Shown one piece after another: positions 36,005 through 44,519 of a stretch of DNA of 64,000 bases. Both the position numbers and the translations under genes were made by a program. The stretch is from positions 32,001-96,000 of the IMG/VR virus record IMGVR_UViG_3300021963_009993. The stretch is one strand, 5' to 3'. Numbering within the stretch: position 1 is the first letter of the stretch; each line of letters begins with the position of its first letter. Under the pieces are notes generated by a model. The model saw only the letters and a program-made list of their open reading frames with translations, ran no database searches and was not told where the DNA came from. The DNA is from a virus.

Positions 36005-36151
36005 TTGTTTGTAGGGACAGTTTCTACATCCGTTCTCACAGCAAAAACCTCTTTCCAACAAGAACTTTGCTGTGAGAACAAATTTTCCATTTTCCATAAT
36101 ATAATCAATTCCTTCTATAAGTTTGTTATTCATAGTTGTATATAAATTACA

Positions 36152-36700
36152 ATGATCTCATTTTCACAGTTTTTGAAAGAATACGGTTTCACAGACATGG
36201 TTCAATTCATGTCGCAAGAAGATGTTTCTTTACCTGAAATATTTGATGAATTGAAATTATCCAAGAGTGATCTGCCTAAAGTCGTTCAGACTGGTGCTGA
36301 TTATGCAGCTGCTTTTGATAAGTTTGTTGGCATCAAAAAGACAATATTTCTTCTTGCACCAACTTTAAAAACTAAGATTAGTTTGTTGAATGATCTTTAT
36401 CTTCTGTCAAGACATCCTAAGAAAATAAAGAATTACAAAGCGGTTTTGGAAGATATTATTGAACTTAGCAAGTTATTGGCGATGAATCCATTGGCAGCAA
36501 CAAGCATTGCAGCTTCCGCAGCTATGATGATAGGTACAAAAAATCCAGAGGCATATGCTGTGGCAACAAAACTATTGAGTTCAGCTTATTTCTATGCTGA
36601 AACAATATTAAAAGCCTTGCAAAATAGCAAATCAGAAAAGATTGCCGAATTAGCAATGAAGGCAAAGATATTATTGCCAAAATCAGAAATCAAGCATTAA
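36152..36700 (+). CDS. Tagged helical hypothetical protein
   Basis: Starts MISFSQFLKE. Confidence 0.7.
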   Translation: MISFSQFLKEYGFTDMVQFMSQEDVSLPEIFDELKLSKSDLPKVVQTGADYAAAFDKFVGIKKTIFLLAPTLKTKISLLNDLYLLSRHPKKIKNYKAVLEDIIELSKLLAMNPLAATSIAASAAMMIGTKNPEAYAVATKLLSSAYFYAETILKALQNSKSEKIAELAMKAKILLPKSEIKH

Positions 36701-37302
36701 TTTTTAGGAAACATTTCTGGGATTTTTTGTTTAATCAAATTCTCGTTTTTTGTGTACCAGTCAATAAATTCCTTTTCCGCTCTTTCTGGGCCAGCTTCAC
36801 CTAATTTTGCATTTGGATCTTTTAATTGTTGAAATTCTTTTTCATGAGTTGCTTCATGAACTATTGTGCTGGCTATTTGAACTATAGTCCATGTCTTATC
36901 ACCAAGCTCTCTGACAAATCTTGGAACATTAACCTGAATGGTTACTGAAGGTATTAGTTCAGCTAGATTGATGTTGGGGAATTTGTCCTTGATTACAGCG
37001 TTTGGCAATGTGTCAATTGAGTGCTGGTCAAATTTAGCTTGATTGAAAATTAACTTGGCTTTCGGGCCAACTACTTTTCTGTTTTGTGAAGAAGAATATA
37101 AACCATATGCTACAGGACCACCTGACAGAGGGACGATAGTGTTGATGTCTCTAAGTAAATCCTTGCCAGTCATCTTGTCATAAAGTTGCACAAGTTTAAC
37201 TGCAAGTCCCACTTTACTGTATGCTGGTGTAACTTTGCTGAAATCAACTTCTTCTGTTCCAACTGTGTTTACTTCACTCAACCATTTTTTAAAAGTTTTC
37301 AT
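36697..37302 (-). CDS. Tagged HExxH zinc-metallopeptidase-like protein
   Basis: Likely start MKTFKKWLSE at 37302; ASTIVHEATHE...EAGPERAE. Confidence 0.65.
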   Translation of the reverse strand: MKTFKKWLSEVNTVGTEEVDFSKVTPAYSKVGLAVKLVQLYDKMTGKDLLRDINTIVPLSGGPVAYGLYSSSQNRKVVGPKAKLIFNQAKFDQHSIDTLPNAVIKDKFPNINLAELIPSVTIQVNVPRFVRELGDKTWTIVQIASTIVHEATHEKEFQQLKDPNAKLGEAGPERAEKEFIDWYTKNENLIKQKIPEMFPKN

Positions 37303-37357
37303 TTTGCAATTTCCAAAAGTTTGACATTTATATATATTGTTGAAAAAGGAGAATGTT

Positions 37358-37591
37358 ATGCTCTGGGACAAAATAGAAGCTGCAAAAACAATAATTTCAA
37401 ATTCTTCAATGAGTGAATATGAGCAAGAGATGCTTCTGACTATAGTTGCTGATTTCACGGAATTGGTTAAGTTACAAATGAAAACAGCCAATGAAGCAAA
37501 GATAACAGAAGGCATGAGTGCAAGTTTAAAATCTTGCATTTTTGAAGGTTCCGCTTTGATAGCAAGCAAGAATGTGTATACAACAGAATAA
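37358..37591 (+). CDS. Hypothetical protein
   Basis: AAGGAG RBS before ATG 37358. Confidence 0.55.
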   Translation: MLWDKIEAAKTIISNSSMSEYEQEMLLTIVADFTELVKLQMKTANEAKITEGMSASLKSCIFEGSALIASKNVYTTE

Positions 37592-37677
37592 TTTTTTTAA
37601 AAATTTTTAAAGAATATAATATAATAATGTTTTCACAATTCAATTCATTTTATAAATGAAAAAGAAGGACAATAGAA

Positions 37678-38055
37678 ATGCCAGAATTACACAAGCATCT
37701 TGTTATCAATGCAACGGTCAAAAATCCAATCAAGGATGAGAAAATTTGTGAACAATGGTTTAGAACTCTAGTTGATATGATTGATATGAAGGTCTTGATT
37801 GAGCCAAAAGCCACCTATTGCAACACATTTGGAAATGAAGGTATTACAGGCACAGTTGTAATTGAAACATCTCATGCCAGCATTCATATTTGGTCTAGCG
37901 TCGAAGTCCCATACATCAGAATGGATGTGTATTCTTGCAAGGATTTTGAAGCAGAAAAAGTCATTGCTTTTGTCGATGAGACTATGGGAATAATTGATTG
38001 TGACCACATCTTGATTGACAGGAATGATACAAAACTCAAATTAATTAATGGCTAA
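37678..38055 (+). CDS. speD: S-adenosylmethionine decarboxylase proenzyme (class 1B family)
   Basis: HKHLVI, GITGTVVIETSHASIHIW (autocleavage at T-S-H), DVYSC. Confidence 0.88.
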   Translation: MPELHKHLVINATVKNPIKDEKICEQWFRTLVDMIDMKVLIEPKATYCNTFGNEGITGTVVIETSHASIHIWSSVEVPYIRMDVYSCKDFEAEKVIAFVDETMGIIDCDHILIDRNDTKLKLING

Positions 38056-38332
38056 AGTCAGAAGTAAATCAGCATTCAAGAAATTCGCTGGCAAATGTGC
38101 ATTCTGTGATGAACAAGATTATTCTTGTTTGGATGCACATAGAATATATGAAGGTTATAAAGGTGGCGAATACGATAGCATAAACATCGTAGTTTGTTGT
38201 GCTAATTGCCACAGAAAAATACATGCTGGTAATTTACTACTGGTCAAGAAACACATAAGTTACGGCGAAAATCTTTATGTCTTGGAATACATCGAAAATG
38301 ATGAAACCAAGTATCTTCCATTAAACTACTAG
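38048..38332 (+). CDS. Small HNH endonuclease
   Basis: CAFC...LDAHRI...GG.Y...N...CCANCHRKIH. Confidence 0.8.
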   Translation: MAKVRSKSAFKKFAGKCAFCDEQDYSCLDAHRIYEGYKGGEYDSINIVVCCANCHRKIHAGNLLLVKKHISYGENLYVLEYIENDETKYLPLNY

Positions 38333-38547
38333 AATTCTGGATCGATAAGCTCCAATGCTTCCCTAATCTTTTCTTTTGCTTGTTCAATTTTTTTTGAGCA
38401 TATTTTCTTTTCTTCAAATTCTTTTTGCATAATTTCTATGTGTTTTAAAACCACAGTTAAAACATCAAAAGTCGATGTTTCTTCACATATTTTGTGGACG
38501 ATTGTATTCCATTCTCTCATCAATGATCTGTAGTTAATTCTTCTCAT
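38329..38547 (-). CDS. Hypothetical helical protein
   Basis: 72-aa ORF packed between neighbours. Confidence 0.5.
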   Translation of the reverse strand: MRRINYRSLMREWNTIVHKICEETSTFDVLTVVLKHIEIMQKEFEEKKICSKKIEQAKEKIREALELIDPEF

Positions 38548-38645
38548 AGTTTTTATTACCTATGCGTAAATACTCATACATGTGTGTGACTATGCACACA
38601 TTCACTTACCAACATCTTAACAGAAAAGTCTGTAAAGGGGAAATA

Positions 38646-39209
38646 ATGGAAGATGATTTGCTAATTGGTTATTACGAATCACAAGAAGGTTCAAGGCCGA
38701 TGAATTTGATAACTGAAAATGTGCAACTTTCTGAGAATTTGCAATATCATTTAGAAAATAATATATCATTATCTAACTCAGTATTTAGACTAGGTTCTGA
38801 AGCTTGGATGGATTTGGTTAATGAAATGAGAGATTTGTGGGAACAGGGATTGTTGCATGTCAATGAGAACGATGAATTCATTCTTATGACAGAAGCTGGC
38901 AGAACTGGTATTTATCAAGGCAAATCAGTTGCCTTGGATTCTCCCAAGAGGGCTAGTGGTGGCAACAAGAAGTTTACTGTTTATGTTAATAGTGGTCGCA
39001 AGAACAAAGAAGGCAGAGTGATAGCCAAGAAGATTGGTTTTGGTGATCCAAATCTGACTGTAAAGAACAAAGACCCAAAAAGAGCCAAGAGTTTTAGAGC
39101 AAGACACAAATGTCATTTAAAGAATGACAAGACAACTCCCGGTTACTGGGCTTGCAGAACAGGTCGTTATGCCAAGCAATTAGGACTTTCATCTTCTGCG
39201 AGTTGGTGA
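38646..39209 (+). CDS. Phage protein with basic C-terminal domain
   Basis: KKFTVYV...KKIGFGDPN...KSFRARHKC...GYWAC; I recognise this motif from T4-like phage hypotheticals. Confidence 0.7.
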   Translation: MEDDLLIGYYESQEGSRPMNLITENVQLSENLQYHLENNISLSNSVFRLGSEAWMDLVNEMRDLWEQGLLHVNENDEFILMTEAGRTGIYQGKSVALDSPKRASGGNKKFTVYVNSGRKNKEGRVIAKKIGFGDPNLTVKNKDPKRAKSFRARHKCHLKNDKTTPGYWACRTGRYAKQLGLSSSASW

Positions 39210-39934
39210 TGAAAAGTTTTTATCAATATCTTTTAGAAGTATCTGCAACTGATACTGTTGGCTTTTTATGTGATAAATTTTTGAAAAACATAAGAAGAAC
39301 CTATGATGATGAGCAAAGGTATTTGCCTATGTTTGCTCTTGCAGATTACATGGAAGAAAACCTTTTAAATGAATATAAGGCAAACCAAATTAGAGAAATG
39401 GCAAGTAGCAAGGATCTTTATAATCTTAAAAATGCCTGTAATAAATATTTGCAAGATGGTTTTTTCACAACTAATACAGCATACGATCCAAACATTTCAT
39501 CTTATCGTCCACAACTTTTAGTTCTTTCAAACAATTATCCTTTGCATAGAGTAACGGATAACATCGATGAGCGTGGGATTGTGGTTTCAATCGCTTCTTT
39601 AACGAATATAAGACAAGCAATAATAAGTGAAGCAGTCAAAAGACAGATGGGTATCAATCAGTATATTAGAACCATTTATGACACAGATCAACCAATAAAT
39701 AATTTGGTTGATCTTAATAATACTGATTTGGAATTCTATTACAGGGATTTCTACAGACCAAGGACTTTGACAAACTTAGTCAACAAGGATGGTGAAATGG
39801 CTGCTGGTAGTAGTGAGATAAATGAACGAATTACAGATAGGTTTATGGAAGAGGAATTGCCAGATATTGTTGGCGAAGAAGTGGCTAAGATGAACTATCT
39901 TATACTTAAAGATTTGGAGTATTATAATGCTTGA
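39209..39934 (+). CDS. Tagged hypothetical protein
   Basis: Starts MKSFYQYLLE; TGATG overlap with the previous stop. Confidence 0.7.
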   Translation: MKSFYQYLLEVSATDTVGFLCDKFLKNIRRTYDDEQRYLPMFALADYMEENLLNEYKANQIREMASSKDLYNLKNACNKYLQDGFFTTNTAYDPNISSYRPQLLVLSNNYPLHRVTDNIDERGIVVSIASLTNIRQAIISEAVKRQMGINQYIRTIYDTDQPINNLVDLNNTDLEFYYRDFYRPRTLTNLVNKDGEMAAGSSEINERITDRFMEEELPDIVGEEVAKMNYLILKDLEYYNA

Positions 39935-40064
39935 TAATTTACTTTTCTTTCTTGGTGGTTTGGTTGTCGGATGGAACATTCTTCCCCAACCATTATGGGC
40001 TAAGGCACTTTACGACTTTGTTGTCAGCAAGATTAAGAGTTGGGCAGCACCGAAAAGTGAGTGA
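39927..40064 (+). CDS. 45-aa membrane protein (not in ORF track)
   Basis: MLDNLLFFLGGLVVGWNILPQPLWAKALYDFVVSKIKSWAAPKSE. Confidence 0.6.
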   Translation: MLDNLLFFLGGLVVGWNILPQPLWAKALYDFVVSKIKSWAAPKSE

Positions 40065-40332
40065 TAAACCGTATAAAGAAACCAGAGATGGTGAGCTTTA
40101 TATCAGGGAATTTTCCCCTGATGTTGAAACTGATGAATTGAAATGGCATCGTGATTATGAAGACCGAATAGTTGAAGTGTTGAATGAGAATGATTGGAAA
40201 TATCAAGAAGATAACAAGCTGCCAGTCCCATTGATAGGGAGTTTTTTCATACCGATGGGAGTCTGGCACAGGGTAATTAAAGGGACTACTAAATTATTGG
40301 TAAGCATAAAAAAACAACCCCCCGTCATATGA
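40057..40332 (+). CDS. Small cupin-like phage protein
   Basis: GTG start at 40057; LKWHRD.EDR...FIPMGVWHRVIKG. Confidence 0.65.
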   Translation: MSDKPYKETRDGELYIREFSPDVETDELKWHRDYEDRIVEVLNENDWKYQEDNKLPVPLIGSFFIPMGVWHRVIKGTTKLLVSIKKQPPVI

Positions 40333-40346
40333 CAGGGGGTTGTTTT
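40311..40346. terminator. Bidirectional terminator between convergent genes
   Basis: AAAACAACCCCC...GTCATATGAC...GGGGGTTGTTTT. Confidence 0.7.
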
Positions 40347-40365
40347 CACAACGCTTCTTTTATAA

Positions 40366-40905
40366 TCATCGTTTTACATTAATATTATAGTCTTCCAATC
40401 TCAAAGCTTCAAGTTCAGTACCATAATAAGGTGAATATTCATATATTTTTCCAGATTTGGTTTTTACTCTCATCAATCCACCGACAACTCTGGCACTTTC
40501 AACAATAATCTTTTCTTTGGAATTGTTTGTTACAAGTTGTTTTTTCTCGTTGATTGAACCTGAACCTAAATAAACTCTGCCTTCATTCGACATACCGCAA
40601 CCACCCATTATTTTACCCAATCCAAGATCGTCATGGGAATCAACCTTGGGAACAAGCATATCCATGCTGATTTCTTCTTCTCCATGCATATCATGCTCTT
40701 CTTCATCATTATACATCAACGCATCTCTTACACTTGAAATAGCTTCTTTTGCAACACTAACTTTGTGTTCAATCCAGCTTTCAATTTCATCATGATCATG
40801 AACTAAAGGAAGTATTTCTTCCAAAGCATGCTTGATTGCGTGTAAATTTCTGGCAACCATGTAGCTGCCACCTTTGTATTTGCACTCGTTCTTTTTATTA
40901 TTCAT
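40366..40905 (-). CDS. Phage hypothetical protein
   Basis: YM...NL..I...L...EIESWIEHKVSVAKEAISSVRD; CATAAATA at 40923-40930 plus AGGTGA RBS. Confidence 0.7.
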   Translation of the reverse strand: MNNKKNECKYKGGSYMVARNLHAIKHALEEILPLVHDHDEIESWIEHKVSVAKEAISSVRDALMYNDEEEHDMHGEEEISMDMLVPKVDSHDDLGLGKIMGGCGMSNEGRVYLGSGSINEKKQLVTNNSKEKIIVESARVVGGLMRVKTKSGKIYEYSPYYGTELEALRLEDYNINVKR

Positions 40906-40945
40906 AAATCACCTTTAATGTATATTTATGAATTATAAATATTTT

Positions 40946-41293
40946 TTAGTGAGGCAAAATCAAATCTCTTGGATTTGCGCTAAGTCTCTCAACCATGAAA
41001 TCAACCAAAAGATCTAACACGAACTTCCTGAAGGCATCGGTGAAAATCGTTTCTTGAACTCTTTGATCAACATTGTATTTCCTGAATAAATCTTCAAAAA
41101 AAGATTCCATCTTGGCCTCAAGATTGAGCCTATCCATATATTCTTCAACAACATTTTGCAAAATCTGACTGTCCAAAACAGTAGATCTGAACAAATCCCT
41201 GAATTCCTGACTGCCAACATATTCAGCAAAGGTATTTTGGATTTGTTCCCTTGCGTCAATTTTATTACCAAACAGTCTGCTTAAAAGACCCAT
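40946..41293 (-). CDS. Hypothetical helical protein
   Basis: 115-aa ORF with GGGGG RBS. Confidence 0.6.
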   Translation of the reverse strand: MGLLSRLFGNKIDAREQIQNTFAEYVGSQEFRDLFRSTVLDSQILQNVVEEYMDRLNLEAKMESFFEDLFRKYNVDQRVQETIFTDAFRKFVLDLLVDFMVERLSANPRDLILPH

Positions 41294-41304
41294 ATTATTC
41301 CCCC

Positions 41305-41943
41305 TTAAATGTTTATTTCTTTGCCATTGAGCATAAGTTTTTGCTCAACTTTTAAATTAGTAATGAATTCTGGGACTCCAATATGATTGCAAATATTATG
41401 CTTTTTTGCGTCTTTTGCAGTCAGATAAACATCACTATGTTTTTTATCATGCATCATTTTCAGGAAATAATCATCACTTTTACCAATATGCAGAGCAGCT
41501 TCCTTGAATATCAAATCATTCAATCTATCTGTCTCACCAGCATCTGCCTTGATTTCTTCGACTTTTCCAAATGAAAAACTGCTTACTTCATGAATCATAA
41601 GTGTTGCATGTTCACTCATGAACCTAAGACCCGGACTACCAAACATGAATAACATGGCACCACAACTCATTGCTTTTCCATTGCAAATGGTTGCTACTGG
41701 CACAGGTGAAGACTTGATGATTGAAATGATTTCCAACAGGGAATAAACTTGACCACCGTATGATTCGATTACCAAAGGTATAAATTTTGGATTTGCGTTC
41801 AATGACTCGTTGAAATCTTCAATGAAGTTTTCTGTCATTTCTTCGTCGAAAGCTTTTGTTAATCTGATTGCTTTTGGAGAATCGATTTCAATGCTGTCTT
41901 TTTTACAACGAATCTTTGGGTCAAGTCTGGTGTAAATCTTCAC
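41305..41943 (-). CDS. clpP: ClpP-like serine protease
   Basis: IESYGGQV, GKAMSCGA (Ser), LMIHE (His), DVYLTAKDA (Asp). Confidence 0.85.
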   Translation of the reverse strand: MKIYTRLDPKIRCKKDSIEIDSPKAIRLTKAFDEEMTENFIEDFNESLNANPKFIPLVIESYGGQVYSLLEIISIIKSSPVPVATICNGKAMSCGAMLFMFGSPGLRFMSEHATLMIHEVSSFSFGKVEEIKADAGETDRLNDLIFKEAALHIGKSDDYFLKMMHDKKHSDVYLTAKDAKKHNICNHIGVPEFITNLKVEQKLMLNGKEINI

Positions 41944-41988
41944 AGAAAATCTCCATGTGTATGCTACATGGTAAATTTTAGCTTAAAT

Positions 41989-43440
41989 TTACATGGGATT
42001 CAACAACGGAGAATCAAAAACCTGCAAAGTTCTATGTCTAAAAAGATTTCTTCTTGCATCTTCCATTTCATCAGTTCTCAAGGTTCTTCCATAGTGAGCA
42101 ATAAGCTTTGGATTTACTTTTCTCACTCCATCTTCCTCTATGTACTTTTTCAAAACATCAGAGTACTTTTCTGGAAGAAGATTGTCATATAAACCTTCTT
42201 CACCCATTAATCTCAAGAACATTTTTATTTGATTGGATGACAAATGATTTGGCTTGGTGAAATAATCATAGATTAAATCTGGATTCATCGGTACTGTCGT
42301 AGCAAATCTTGCTAATCTAACAAGATTGGCAATATTCTCAGCATCTAGTTTACTCCAACCTTTTGATACCAAAGTATTTAGAACATTTTCTGGATGGTTG
42401 TTCTGTAGCAAATAAGCTGTAGATATTATCTTGTTGCTTGGCATACTCATATCTGGATTGTGTATATTGAGATTGCCAAAAATCTTTTTAATTAGATCAC
42501 ATTTCATCAAATTTTGTATGTAGTAATATGTTGGAGTATCTTGGTTGTCAATTGCCATCATGTATAATCTTTTGATTATTTTATCATCAAGATTATCTGG
42601 TGTATCATTTTGAATGGGCTTAACAAGATTTTCTGGAATAGATTTGTCATGGGCGTATCTCGCAGACAGAGAGCATATTCTGAACCCGAGATATGGATAT
42701 CTTTTAAATGTTTTATCTTCGGACATTATGAGATGTATTTTGCCATTTTTTAGGTCAAATACTCCACCTTGTGGATCTAATAGTTCTGAATTTTCTCCAT
42801 CTTCATTTTTCAGTTTTAGATAAAGAGAATTGATTGTCAAATCTCTTGTTGTTGAATCTTCTTCCAATGTTGTTGCAAAGTTTCTTTTCTTTGGCGACAC
42901 CATTCTTTCTTTACTGTTAAATGAAAATGGTGCAATATGGGCTTTCTGCCCATTTATCTCTACTGTTACTTCAACCTCATGTCCATCTTCATCCCATCTG
43001 CTGGCATAAAAACTTCTCTTTCTGCTTCCATATGATGGTAATCTTTTGTATTTCTGTAAAATTTGCAAGTCATGTGTTGGTGGTTGAACTTCTTCCAAGT
43101 CAGCCACAGGAAGTTCCAAAATCTTTCTGATTTCATCTGGACTTGCTTCAGTTGTCAAATCGTATGAAGTAAATGTCTTGTTTTTAAGATGATCTCTAAG
43201 GGCTCCACCAGTAAGGTAAAGGTTTTTCCTTTTCATGGTTGGTTCAACAATTCCTTTTCCTTTTTGAATTGTTGAGTAACCAAGCTTGACTTCATTAGAT
43301 GAATTGAATGCATCTATGATGTGTTTGAGTATTGGATTTGATTGGTAGTTAACAACAAATGGCTTGAATTCACCACGATTATCCGCATCTTTCAATCGGA
43401 CTTTGGAAACAATAGAATCATTTTTAACTTCATCTTCCAT
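41989..43440 (-). CDS. tRNA nucleotidyltransferase/poly(A) polymerase family protein with altered catalytic motifs
   Basis: LYLTGGALRDHL...TSYDLTT..SPDEI; EEDSTTRDLTINSL; DPQGGVFDLKNG. Confidence 0.8.
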   Translation of the reverse strand: MEDEVKNDSIVSKVRLKDADNRGEFKPFVVNYQSNPILKHIIDAFNSSNEVKLGYSTIQKGKGIVEPTMKRKNLYLTGGALRDHLKNKTFTSYDLTTEASPDEIRKILELPVADLEEVQPPTHDLQILQKYKRLPSYGSRKRSFYASRWDEDGHEVEVTVEINGQKAHIAPFSFNSKERMVSPKKRNFATTLEEDSTTRDLTINSLYLKLKNEDGENSELLDPQGGVFDLKNGKIHLIMSEDKTFKRYPYLGFRICSLSARYAHDKSIPENLVKPIQNDTPDNLDDKIIKRLYMMAIDNQDTPTYYYIQNLMKCDLIKKIFGNLNIHNPDMSMPSNKIISTAYLLQNNHPENVLNTLVSKGWSKLDAENIANLVRLARFATTVPMNPDLIYDYFTKPNHLSSNQIKMFLRLMGEEGLYDNLLPEKYSDVLKKYIEEDGVRKVNPKLIAHYGRTLRTDEMEDARRNLFRHRTLQVFDSPLLNPM

Positions 43441-43451
43441 ACCAGCACCTT

Positions 43452-44030
43452 TTAATTCTTGTTTTGCATATTATTAAATAAGTAACCAAACCATGCTCCA
43501 ACACCACCTAATAAAACTCCTATGGCTATTTTAACTGCAAAATCCCAAATGTTTTGAAACTTCTTGTCAGTACCTTCTTTAAAATTATGCAGATTTTCTA
43601 GTCTGAATTTTATCTGGCGGACATCTTCATCTAAGCTTTCCAAATCACTTTTTACATCTTTGTTTTCATTTTCCTTGAGCTTAAGATATTCAGAGGTTTT
43701 TTCAAGGTTTCCCACTTTTTCCTTGAAGTATTTATGCTCGGATTCCATCAATATAAGTTTTTGCTTATTTGAATCAATATTTAATATTATACTTCCAATA
43801 TCTTTTGCTTCCACATTCGTTACTCTTTGAAGCAACATATTATACAGATCAAGAAGCTTTTCAAACTTGGTAAATAGAGTCTCTTGATGGTCTGTCAAAA
43901 TTGCTATTTTTTGTTCAAACTGACCTATAACACGAACCAAATCTCTGACAGATTCGGATGTTTTGTGGTAAAGAGATGCGATATTGTGCGTTGTTGTCTC
44001 TTCTTTATTGTCTTTTTTAGGTGGCACCAT
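43452..44030 (-). CDS. Coiled-coil protein with C-terminal transmembrane helix
   Basis: Heptad-rich body; IAIGVLLGGVGAWFGYLF; AATAAATA 5 nt before the ATG. Confidence 0.7.
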   Translation of the reverse strand: MVPPKKDNKEETTTHNIASLYHKTSESVRDLVRVIGQFEQKIAILTDHQETLFTKFEKLLDLYNMLLQRVTNVEAKDIGSIILNIDSNKQKLILMESEHKYFKEKVGNLEKTSEYLKLKENENKDVKSDLESLDEDVRQIKFRLENLHNFKEGTDKKFQNIWDFAVKIAIGVLLGGVGAWFGYLFNNMQNKN

Positions 44031-44087
44031 GAAATTATTTATTCATAAAACAGTAAATACTAACAAGGAAACAACTAAATTATTTAT

Positions 44088-44519
44088 ATGAATGACATAG
44101 AGAAAATACCTGCGGTTCCTCCCATGAATATTAATGTTGCTTCTGCGAAAAGCGAAGCATCATCAACAGTAACAGATGAGGATTTACAAAATATATTTCT
44201 TGAAATACTCGGTGATTTAAGAAACGACAGAAGAGAAGTAGATGGTTTATTGAGTAACTTTACCGAAATGGTAATGAATGAAGGGGATAGTTCATCAGCT
44301 TCAAAAGAAGCAGTTGTAAATCTTGTGAAAGTAAAAACAGACATAGCTGACAAGAAGACAAAAGTTGCTGATTTGATGCTTGCCTTGAGAATGAAGGAAA
44401 AATCCATATCGAAGATTCAGGCTAATCAAACCAACCACATACATATTACAGATAAAAGAGCTATCCTTGATGCCATAAATAAAACAACAAAGAAGGTGCC
44501 AAATGAGCAAGTGGAATAA
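44088..44519 (+). CDS. Hypothetical protein, loosely like a T4 gp16-type small terminase
   Basis: Helical core (EAVVNLVK...KVADLML) then NQTNHIHITD.RAIL tail; the similarity is impressionistic. Confidence 0.3.
   Translation: MNDIEKIPAVPPMNINVASAKSEASSTVTDEDLQNIFLEILGDLRNDRREVDGLLSNFTEMVMNEGDSSSASKEAVVNLVKVKTDIADKKTKVADLMLALRMKEKSISKIQANQTNHIHITDKRAILDAINKTTKKVPNEQVE

Noticed and set aside
39931-40056. N-terminal extension of the 133-aa ORF in the track
   Set aside because: Better explained as a separate 45-aa membrane gene (39927..40064) overlapping a GTG start at 40057.
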